Assembly: GCA_017960905.1 (NCBI GenBank)
Contig: JAGCYH010000029.1
Location: 10,948-74,947 of the forward strand
Direction of reading: 5' to 3'
From: Bacteroidales bacterium
GTDB lineage: Bacteria > Bacteroidota > Bacteroidia > Bacteroidales > Marinilabiliaceae
DNA length: 64,000 nt
Shown: piece by piece, positions 1-8,900 of the stretch
How positions within the stretch are numbered: the stretch's first letter is position 1
Layout of the letters: every line of letters begins with the position of its first letter
Program-made: the position numbers and the translations under genes
Notes under the pieces: model-generated
Seen by the model: the letters and a program-made list of their open reading frames with translations, nothing else
Database searches by the model: none
Told to the model about the DNA's origin: nothing

Positions 1-148
1 TTTGCGTTATTAATTGTGATATCGGTGTCAATTTTTAGAGTTTCTTTTTATTTTTGCAACGCAAAAAATAAAAAGGAAACATCGAAACCGAAGTTTTCGT
101 ATTTATGAATTGGAATTTGAAAAATAACAACCTTAAATTATAATTAAA

Positions 149-1114
149 ATGAAGAAACACTTATTATTTGCGTTGGCACTCACATGCGGTGCGTCGCTTT
201 TGCTTACATCTTGTCACAAAGACGATGACGAAGATGATGATTCTGACTATGTAGCAGACTACTCAAGTCCTAAAGTGAACACGAACGTTTTCTTTGATAA
301 GATTGCCGGTTCTACCGGTGTGTCAACTTTTGTATTCTCTGATGTCAACGGCAATACCGATATTTATCATTATAATATCGATGGCCCTTTGGTGAAAGCG
401 CTTGTAGATGAAGGACTTACCTTGAACGCAGAGATAATTGACTCGATAGGCAACAACTTCTATGGCGGCTTCTGCCCGACATGGTATGCTGCCAACGACG
501 AGGATTCGTACTTCACACCGCGCTGCGGAACATACCACTCTGGTTCGGGTGCATTGCTCTGCAACCCAGGCGAATACTGCCGCGCAATATTCAGCAAGCA
601 CATGACAGTTGATTTTGCCGCTCTTACCTCGTATCTGACACTTAAGAGCATCAAAAAACTGTATGTGGCTCTCCCTGACACATATACAGCTCTGCTCGAC
701 ACCGCTCAAGAATATCGCGACGACCTTGAAATAGCACAGTTGCCGAAAAACACAAGAATCGAATTCCTTGTTTATGGCTATGTCGACAGCTTCAGATTCA
801 ACGATTTCAAATCGTTCCTTACTGCAGTTCAGTCGGGTGCAAAACAAGCTGGTCAGGGTGGTGTAAAGAGCCAGACCATCACACTTGCTGAAACCGACGC
901 CAATGGCAAAGTAACATTGCTCGATGGCTGGGCAGAACTCGACCTCACTCAGAACGGTGTTGACGACTGCTACATCTACGAGGCTTACATTCGTGTAGTT
1001 GACACTACAACAGGCAAAGAGTCAACAACTTACACGATTTCGAACGATGTTAACACATATCTTGGCTACGTTCTTGTTGACGACATCACATACGCAAGCA
1101 AGAGCTTGTTCTAA
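149..1114 (+). CDS. secreted lipoprotein of unknown function (possibly DUF4465-like)
   Basis: ATG ORF of 321 aa. Signal peptide ends in lipobox LLLTSC and is followed by an acidic DDDEDDD linker. No catalytic motif recognised. The family guess rests only on the NNFYGGF segment. Confidence 0.6.
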   Translation: MKKHLLFALALTCGASLLLTSCHKDDDEDDDSDYVADYSSPKVNTNVFFDKIAGSTGVSTFVFSDVNGNTDIYHYNIDGPLVKALVDEGLTLNAEIIDSIGNNFYGGFCPTWYAANDEDSYFTPRCGTYHSGSGALLCNPGEYCRAIFSKHMTVDFAALTSYLTLKSIKKLYVALPDTYTALLDTAQEYRDDLEIAQLPKNTRIEFLVYGYVDSFRFNDFKSFLTAVQSGAKQAGQGGVKSQTITLAETDANGKVTLLDGWAELDLTQNGVDDCYIYEAYIRVVDTTTGKESTTYTISNDVNTYLGYVLVDDITYASKSLF

Positions 1115-1141
1115 CGTACTGTAATTAAAATGTTGATAAAC

Positions 1142-1177
1142 AAACCGCCGTCGGCTCAGTAGAGCCGGCGGCGGTTT
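1142..1177. terminator. bidirectional intrinsic terminator hairpin between convergent genes
   Basis: AAACCGCCGTCGGCTC-AGTA-GAGCCGGCGGCGGTTT: a 16-bp stem with one mismatch and A/T flanks. Confidence 0.7.
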
Positions 1178-1203
1178 GGCTTTTATACGGATTTTGCTAT
1201 TAT

Positions 1204-1914
1204 CTATGTTCTTTGGCTTATCTTTTGGTAAAGCACTGCCGTAACAAGTATTCTGAATGGTATGGCTATAACAATGCCAACGCCGGTACACCACATTGCT
1301 AAGCAGATTAAGAAGCAAAGCAAAGTAGTATTGGCAACAATTTTATAATTGTTGCGCATAAGCCTCAATGCGTTGCCGAAGTTCTTAAATGTCTTTGTCT
1401 CTGTATTCTCCATCAGTATGTATGGTGCAAACATAAATAAAAACGAAACAACTAGGCTGACGAAAAGCAGTAGCCAGAACAGCAATATGTAAATGCCAAC
1501 CTCTATTGACTTGCCCAAACTCAAAAATAGAGTGGCCAAACCAGCGCAACCAATTGAAAATAAGAACTCTTTTGAGACAAGAGCACTTTCTATGCAACTG
1601 CTGAAATATGTACTAACAGAGCCGTTGCGCCTGTCGGTAATTTTGCGAAAACAAATGGAGCGCAGTAGCGATTTGATGAATATTGCCCCAAAAACGAATC
1701 CTACTAATAGAAGGAAAACCAGTATCATCAACGTCAAAGCTCCTATTGCGTTGTCGTCGAGGTCGGGCTCGTCAAGCAGATAAACCGACAAAAGTACGAT
1801 GGCGACCAATGGCAGAAGAAAGCCTACAAATGTTATTGTTGTCAGTTTCAGCCAGTTGGATTTGAAATGCCGCCATGCTTCGGCAAAAATGTCTTTAGCC
1901 TCTATGTCGTTCAT
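1204..1914 (-). CDS. multi-pass membrane protein, unknown function
   Basis: The ORF track start at 1917 is TTG; the adjacent ATG at 1914 gives MNDIEAKD. Several long hydrophobic segments. Convergent with the upstream lipoprotein gene across a bidirectional hairpin. Confidence 0.6.
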   Translation of the reverse strand: MNDIEAKDIFAEAWRHFKSNWLKLTTITFVGFLLPLVAIVLLSVYLLDEPDLDDNAIGALTLMILVFLLLVGFVFGAIFIKSLLRSICFRKITDRRNGSVSTYFSSCIESALVSKEFLFSIGCAGLATLFLSLGKSIEVGIYILLFWLLLFVSLVVSFLFMFAPYILMENTETKTFKNFGNALRLMRNNYKIVANTTLLCFLICLAMWCTGVGIVIAIPFRILVTAVLYQKISQRT

Positions 1915-1924
1915 CAATAGATTT

Positions 1925-4102
1925 TTAATATCCTAAAGTGTAACGCGACCAAGTGGAGTCGGAATTGAAGAACTTGTCGGCGTAAGAGCGCTCTTTAACG
2001 TATATCCGTTTGAGCTTCTTGCAGCCTTGGAAAACCCATATGCCAATGTCCGACACGCTGCCCGGAATGGTTATTTCGGTAATCGGTGTCTGGTAGAAAG
2101 CTGACGCAGCTATTGTCTTAAGTCCTTCGTGCAGAGTGACTTTTGTGAGGTCGGCGCATTTCGAGAATGCGCCGAAACCTATCGTTTGCACCGAACTCGG
2201 AATGTCAACTTCGGTAATGCTGCTACCGGCAAAGGCGTCCTCATCGATTTTGGTTACCGACGACGGAATGACAACTCTCTTTATCAGATTGTTGTCGCTG
2301 AAAGCCATCTTTGAAATGACTGTCGTGCCGCTCTTGATGAAGTATGTGCCGTCTTGTATGCGTTCGACGGCGGGGTTGGTGTGTATGTCGACGCCCGATG
2401 ATATGGCGTTGGTAACGACCGATATAGTGCCGTACGAGTCGGAGCCGCCGTCGGTGCGGAACTCACCGATGAGCTCTAAGTAGCGCGCGTCATTTGGTAT
2501 CGAAGTGGTAACGGAGAACGACTTGTAGGTGGCGCTTGCAGTAACCTCCGCCACTAATCCTTCGAGGCGGCGGCCGTTGCTCATGAAGTACATGTCGCGG
2601 GCGCAAAGTCTTGCGCCGCCAGTGTGCGTGAAGGTGACGCAAATCTGGTCGACGGTCGTTTTAGAGCTTTTAAGCAGCGGCGAGAAGTCGAACCCGCCCT
2701 CTTTCCACGAGGTGGAGAAATCGCCAGCGCCCCATTGGGTCGGTATTTCCGATGCGGATTGAGCAACGGGCTTTGTTGTGCTTGTGGTTGAAGTTGTTGC
2801 AGTTGAGGTTGTCGCTGGCTTTGCCGGCGACGAAGTTGTCGCGTATGTCGTATTGTTAGTGTTGCGGGTTGGGGCCAGCGACGACATGAAGGTTATGTTA
2901 CCATTGGAGTCGGTGCCGCCGTCGGTGCGGAACTCACCCTTCAGAATAAGGCTTTTAGTGCCTTTGGGCACGTTGCAGTTGATGGTGAAAGAGCGAGGGC
3001 TGCCGCCCGCGCTCACTTCGGCGGCCGAGGTGTAAATCTGTTGTCCGTCGGCCTCAATGGTGATATCGCGGGCACACAACTTGTGGCGTCCGCTGGTATA
3101 TGTGAAGGTCATTGTAGCCACTTCGGTGTAACCAGTCAGTTTCTCTGAGAAGTCGTATTCGCGTGTTGTCCATGTAGTGGAAAACTCGTTGGAAACCCAT
3201 TTTGATGGTGCCGGCGCAGCGGCCTTAGGCTGCTGCTGCACGCGTCCTTCGCCGACAATGGCAAGCCTGCTGTCGGACATAAAAACGGAATGAGCTTTCG
3301 AATTCTTTGTAACCCAAATGGTTGTGAGTTTGTTGCAGTCGTAGAAAATATCGTTGCTCAGTTCGGTTACACTTTTTGGAATAGTGATTTCGGTCATTAC
3401 GGCACTTTTGAAGGCCTTGCTGCCAATGCGGTCAAGTCCCTCGTGCAAAGTTATTTTTGAGAGCGAATAGCAATTTTCGAAAGCCGACTCATCAATTGTT
3501 TTTACCGAAGCCGGAATGTCGGCTTCGGACAGGTTGGCGCAGTTGAAAAACGCTTGTGCGCCAATAGTGCGAACCGACTGCGGCATCACTATTTTTTTGA
3601 GAGCCGAGGTGCGGTAGTACTCTTTCGCTTTGATTTCGGTAGTGCCGTCTTTGATATGTAAGATGCCGTCTTTGAGGCGTTCGTCGGCTGCTTTAGGCGC
3701 AGCGCTGACGGCAAGAGTTATCTTGCCGATGGAATTGGTGCCGCCGTCGGTGCGGGCTTGGGCTTTCATCTTAATGGTTTTCGGCTTTGCCGAAAGCGTG
3801 AATGTATATACGGCGCTCTTGGGGTTGTAACCTGCCGATTGCTCCGTGGCGTCAGTAAGTACGGTTTTTCCGTCGGCGGTTATCTGTACGTCTTTGAGGC
3901 ATAGCTTTTTCCCGCCGCTTTTGTAAGTGAAGCTGATCGTGTTGGTGCCGGCTACGAATTTATTGGCGTCGAAGCTCCATGTGCGTTCTTTCCATTCGGT
4001 AGTGAACTCGCCTTTCTTCCATGTGCCGATTTGGGTGTTTTGTGCTGTCAGTGATTTCGCTGACAGTATAAGTGCAATTGTTATAAGCAAATGTTTTTTC
4101 AT
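1925..4102 (-). CDS. BspA-type leucine-rich-repeat surface protein with three paralogous ~110-aa modules
   Basis: The ATG at 4102 gives signal peptide MKKHLLITIALILSAKSLTAQ; the track start at 4159 adds 19 unlikely residues. Two blocks of ~23-aa LRRs (IP.SV..I...AF..C..L) alternate with three modules ending TDGG(T/S)(N/D)S.G.I. A Ser/Thr-rich linker is present. Confidence 0.8.
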   Translation of the reverse strand: MKKHLLITIALILSAKSLTAQNTQIGTWKKGEFTTEWKERTWSFDANKFVAGTNTISFTYKSGGKKLCLKDVQITADGKTVLTDATEQSAGYNPKSAVYTFTLSAKPKTIKMKAQARTDGGTNSIGKITLAVSAAPKAADERLKDGILHIKDGTTEIKAKEYYRTSALKKIVMPQSVRTIGAQAFFNCANLSEADIPASVKTIDESAFENCYSLSKITLHEGLDRIGSKAFKSAVMTEITIPKSVTELSNDIFYDCNKLTTIWVTKNSKAHSVFMSDSRLAIVGEGRVQQQPKAAAPAPSKWVSNEFSTTWTTREYDFSEKLTGYTEVATMTFTYTSGRHKLCARDITIEADGQQIYTSAAEVSAGGSPRSFTINCNVPKGTKSLILKGEFRTDGGTDSNGNITFMSSLAPTRNTNNTTYATTSSPAKPATTSTATTSTTSTTKPVAQSASEIPTQWGAGDFSTSWKEGGFDFSPLLKSSKTTVDQICVTFTHTGGARLCARDMYFMSNGRRLEGLVAEVTASATYKSFSVTTSIPNDARYLELIGEFRTDGGSDSYGTISVVTNAISSGVDIHTNPAVERIQDGTYFIKSGTTVISKMAFSDNNLIKRVVIPSSVTKIDEDAFAGSSITEVDIPSSVQTIGFGAFSKCADLTKVTLHEGLKTIAASAFYQTPITEITIPGSVSDIGIWVFQGCKKLKRIYVKERSYADKFFNSDSTWSRYTLGY

Positions 4103-4271
4103 ACAAAACTGTTTTTTGATGTAAATAACAAAGTTATTGAACGTTTTTGAGTTATGCAAATGGTGTGCCAGTTTTTCTTCCGAGTGTTTCGTGGTTTTCG
4201 GAATTCTTTTTTTCGCGAATAATCATTATTTTTGACGCGATAAAAGAGTACAAACCAAAACCAAAATACAC

Positions 4272-5765
4272 ATGAACAAAGTACTTCCCATTTTTCTGTT
4301 CTTCCTTTTCGCTACGCAGGCTATGGCGAAAGATTTTGATTTTTCCGTCCAAAGCAACGGGCAAACGCTTTATTACAAAAAAACAAGCGATAAAGAAGTC
4401 TCTGTAGTATATCCAAACAAGTCAGGAGATGACTATTATAGCGGTTATACTAAGCCATCAGGCGATTTGACTATTCCACAAACTGTCACTGACGACGGTG
4501 TAAAATATACGGTTACAAGCATTGGCAAATATGCGTTCGAAGGTTGCAGTGGCCTGTCATCCGTCACTATCCCCGAGTCGGTTACAAGCATTGGCGAAAG
4601 TGCGTTCGAAGGTTGCATTGGCCTGAAATCAGTCACTATCCCCAATTCGGTTACAAGCATTAGTGTAGGTGCGTTCTGTTCTTGTAGCAGTCTGGCGTCA
4701 ATCATCATAGGCAATTCTGTTACAAGCATTGGTCGACAAGCGTTCGAAGGTTGCAGCGGTCTGACATCAGTCTCCATCCCAAAGTCTGTTACAAGCATTG
4801 GTGGCTTTGCGTTCAACCTTTGCAGTGGTCTGGAATCAGTCACCATCTCCAATTCTGTTACATCCATTGACAGAGATGCGTTCCGTAGTTGCCGTGGCCT
4901 GACAAAAGCCGAATTTGCCAGTATTGAGAGTCTGTGCAGTATAAATTTTGGTGGTCAATTTGCAAATCCGTTAAAATACGCTCATCGTCTCTACATAATA
5001 GGAGATGATAATGAAGTTAAAGCTTTGGTAATTCCCGAATCGGTTACTAGCATTAGCTGTGCGTTCTCTGGTTGCAGTGGCCTGACATCTGTCACCATCC
5101 CAAATACGGTTACAAGCATTGACGAATATGCGTTCTGTGAATGCACTGGCCTGACATCAGTCACCATACCTAATTCGGTTACAAGCATTGGCGAAGGTGC
5201 GTTCCGTGGTTGCAGCGGCCTGGCATCAGTCACCATCCCCAATTCGGTTAAAAGCATTGACGAAGATGCGTTCTATGATTGTAGCAATGCCACCTTGTAT
5301 TGCGAAGTTGAAGAAACTTCAAAACCTGGCGGTTGGAATTCTAAGTGGAACGATAGCGGCAGGCCGGAAAAATGGGGATGCAAGGTGATAAGAGCTGCGG
5401 TAAACGATGAAGAATACGGTACAGTGGCTACCGCTGGCGAGAACTATGCCGTAAGGGGCGACGATGGCTCGCTGTGGTATCTGAAAGAGACCACAAATGG
5501 CACAGCCACACTCACTGCCACGCCCAAAGATGGCTATCACTTTGTGAAGTGGCAAGAAGAGCCCGACGCGGCTGCTACACTTAACATAGACGAGGTTACT
5601 GAAAGCAAAACATACACTGCAGTTTTCGCCAAAGACGAACCGACATCGATAAAGAACAACAGCGCTGGTAATGTCCGCAAAGTTACCAAGGTGCTCGGTC
5701 CCGACGGCCTCTACATCATCAAAGATGGGGTGAAATACAATATGCTCGGCGAGAAAGTAAATTGA
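4272..5765 (+). CDS. BspA-type leucine-rich-repeat protein with C-terminal beta-sandwich-like region and short conserved tail
   Basis: Signal peptide MNKVLPIFLFFLFATQAMA. About 10 LRR units (IPNSVTSIGE.AFEGCSGLTSVT) of 23 aa. C-terminal GYHFVKW-type repeat region and a YIIKDGVKY tail. Confidence 0.8.
   Translation: MNKVLPIFLFFLFATQAMAKDFDFSVQSNGQTLYYKKTSDKEVSVVYPNKSGDDYYSGYTKPSGDLTIPQTVTDDGVKYTVTSIGKYAFEGCSGLSSVTIPESVTSIGESAFEGCIGLKSVTIPNSVTSISVGAFCSCSSLASIIIGNSVTSIGRQAFEGCSGLTSVSIPKSVTSIGGFAFNLCSGLESVTISNSVTSIDRDAFRSCRGLTKAEFASIESLCSINFGGQFANPLKYAHRLYIIGDDNEVKALVIPESVTSISCAFSGCSGLTSVTIPNTVTSIDEYAFCECTGLTSVTIPNSVTSIGEGAFRGCSGLASVTIPNSVKSIDEDAFYDCSNATLYCEVEETSKPGGWNSKWNDSGRPEKWGCKVIRAAVNDEEYGTVATAGENYAVRGDDGSLWYLKETTNGTATLTATPKDGYHFVKWQEEPDAAATLNIDEVTESKTYTAVFAKDEPTSIKNNSAGNVRKVTKVLGPDGLYIIKDGVKYNMLGEKVN
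4494..5300 (+). repeat. 69-bp periodic intragenic tandem repeat (23-aa LRR units) with high nucleotide identity
   Basis: A recurring ..TCGGTTACAAGCATTGGCGAA.GTGCGTTC...GGTTGCAG.GGCCTG.CATC.GTCAC.ATCCC.. unit, interrupted at ~4870-5030. The repeat also produces repetitive antisense ORFs (4445..4867, 4991..5257). Confidence 0.85.
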
Positions 5766-5787
5766 AAATAGAAGGTTGTAAATTTGT

Positions 5788-5822
5788 AAAAAGCGTTTGG
5801 GCATAAGCCCAAACGCTTTTTT
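5788..5822 (+). terminator. intrinsic terminator after LRR gene
   Basis: AAAAAGCGTTTGGGC-ATAA-GCCCAAACGCTTTTTT. Confidence 0.8.
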
Positions 5823-5871
5823 GTTCGTAATACATAATCAATTAGCATTCGGAAATCAGAAAAAAAACGAC

Positions 5872-5879
5872 TAATTTTG
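5872..5879 (+). promoter_or_regulatory. -7 box TAatTTTG upstream of trifunctional MMPL gene
   Basis: Matches TAnnTTTG, 27 nt before the ATG at 5906. Confidence 0.45.
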
Positions 5880-5905
5880 CACGCTTATTTTTTTTAACGA
5901 TATTG

Positions 5906-8900
5906 ATGAAGACATTTTTTGTCGGCATATATAGATTCTTTGGAAAACATAAAACGCTGTTTTACATAGTGTTGTGTGCGACGATTGTTGCATTGGCATT
6001 TTTTTCATCGAGGCTTCGCCTCGATGAGAATCTGACGGGCTTTTTCCCGAAAAGTGAGAATGCCGAGACCGACTTCGTGATGAAGAACATGAAAGCAGTC
6101 GATAAGATTGTGGTCATCATATCGCAGCGCGACACGGTAAACCAAGACTCTTACACGCTCATGGATGCCGCCGAGATGTACAACGACAGTCTGACGGCGC
6201 GCATCGACACGGCGGTGCAGGTGTCGCTCTACTACGACGACAGCGCTACCGACGAAATCATCTCGTACGTCTTTGAGCAGATGCCGCTGCTCTATACCGA
6301 AGCCGACTTTGCGCAGCTCGACAGTCTGACGACCGATGCGGCTCTTACGAGCCGCATGGCCACCAACCGCGACCTTATGCTGAGTCCGCTTTCGACGGGT
6401 TTGGCGCAGATCCTCGCCAATGACCCTATTGGCCTGTCGACCAACGTGTTGACGCGCTTGCGCGGCATCTCGGAAGACAGCCCGATGACTATGGTCGACG
6501 GCTACATAATGGACGTCCAGAACCGCAACCTCGTGATGTTCATCAACCTGTCGGACGACTTTGCGCAGACGGGCGATAACGCCCGTCTGGTGAGCGAGAT
6601 ACGCTCGCTGGCGCAAAGCGTGGCCGAGGCATGCAACGTAGATTTTTACGTTTACGGCGCGCCCGTGGTGGCGGTAGCCAACTCGGAGCGCGTGAAAGCC
6701 GACGAGACGCTGACTCTCTCAATTGCGATAGGCATTATAACAATAGTTATCTTGCTGATGTTCAGACGAAAACGCACCATCTTCGTCATTCTGATGCCTG
6801 TCGTTGTGGGCGGTTTGTTTGCTTGCGCAGTTGTCTCGATGCTTGGCATCGAGCTGTCGCTCATATCGATAGGGGCGGGCGCTACGGTGCTTGGCGTGGC
6901 CATGAGTTACTCGATACATATGGTGACGCACAGCCTGCATTCGCGCAGCATCGAAGAGCTTATAGCCGACATGGCCTATCCGATGACCGTGGGTAGCATC
7001 ACTACCATCGGCGCGTTCATCGGACTGGTGTTCACACAGTCGAAGATACTGCACGACTTGGGTCTTTTCGCCTCGCTTGCGTTGGTAGGCACGCTGCTTT
7101 TCAGCCTTATTTTTCTGCCGCATTTTCTCACTCCCGAAGCCGACGAGAAACGCAGCTTTACGCTGCGTTTCATTGAGCGCATTTCGGGTTACGATTATTC
7201 ACGGAATAAAATCTTAGTAGCTGTGCTGCTGATAGTTACGGCGGTCTGCGCGTTCTACTTCACCGATGTGAGGTTCAACAGCGACATGACCAAGCTCAAC
7301 TATCAGGGCGACGAGTGGATAGAGCAGTCGCGACAAGTGACGGAGCATGTGCTCGAAGTCGACGGGCACAGGGCCACGCTTGTGGTTACGGGGCGCAATG
7401 TAGATGAGCTGGCACGCAATGGTGCCGCGCTTTCGGCGAAAGCCGAAACGCTGCACGACCAAGGATTGTCGCGTTGTTCGTCGTTGGCGCCGGCGTTTAT
7501 AGTGCCTACCGAAGAGCAGCAGCGCCGCATCGCGCGTTGGAACAACTTCTGGACAGCGGAGCGCAAGGCTCGTGTGGTGAGCGTTCTCGACCGCGAAGCG
7601 GCGAAAAACGGTTTCGCCCCGAACGCATTCGACGGCTTTAAAACTCTGATAGACAGACAGTACGAACCGCAGCAACTGACCGATGCCGATATTGCCGAGT
7701 CGGTGCTCTTCGGCGAGTGGATTTCGAAGACCGACAGCACGTACATGCTTTATTTCAATATCACCGTCGATGTCGAAAATCGCGATGCCATAATGGAACA
7801 ACTTGTGAGTGAGCGCAATGCAGTGGTAACCGACATGGGCTACTTCGTGCGCAAAGCCACTTCGGGCATTGTCGACGACTTCAATATGATACTGTGGATC
7901 AGCTCGTTCCTTGTGGGTTTCGTGCTTTTGTTGTCGTATGGCCGCTTCGAGCTGTTTTTCATGACCTTCCTGCCCATGTGCGTCAGCTGGGTGATAATAC
8001 TCGGTCTGATGGCCATATTCGGTGTCGAGTTCAATGTTGTCAACATCATACTGTCGACGTTCATCTTCGGCGTGGGCGACGACTTCAGCATTTTCATAAT
8101 GGACGGCTTGCAGTCGGAGTACAACCGAGGCAAGCGAATGCTTGCCTCGCACAAGACGGCGATAGCGCTTTCGGCCTTTGCCATAATAGTAGGCCTTGGC
8201 GCACAGGTATTTGCGCAGCATCCGGCAGTGAAGTCGATAGGCCTGCTGTCGATATTCGGCATGGTGGCGGTGATAATCACGTCGTACATAGTGCAGCCGA
8301 TATTGTTCCGCTGTTTCATAGCCAAACCGGCCATTGCCGGTTTGCCCTACACGCTGATGAACGTTCTGAAGTCGCTGTTTTTCTACGTCATATTCCTCGT
8401 AGGCTGCGTGCTGAGCAATGTAGTGCTGCTGCTTGTGGTCGTTCTGCCAATAGGGCGCAAGCGCAAAAGCCGCGCGATGCACGTCTTTGTGTGTGGCTTT
8501 ATGCGTCTGTTTTACAATCTGATAGGCCTTGTTTTCAAAATAAAGAAAATAGGCAAAGTGGATTTTTCAAAACCTTCGGTGATAATAGCCAATCATACAT
8601 CGTTCATTGATATAATAGCGGTTTTGGCCATGTCGCCGCGCATCATACTGATGACAAAGTCGTGGGTAACATCATCGCCGTTTTTCGGGCTTTTGGTTCA
8701 ATACTGTGGCTTTTACAATGTCGACCAGGACAATGCCGACTTGATAGAGACGATGCGCCGTTGCGTAGTCGACGGCTACTCGATAATGGTGTTCCCTGAG
8801 GGCACTCGCAGCGCCGACGGTCAGATACACCGATTCCACAAAGGTGCGTTCAAGATAGCCAACGACCTTGGCCTCGACATCACGCCCGTCATCATGTATG

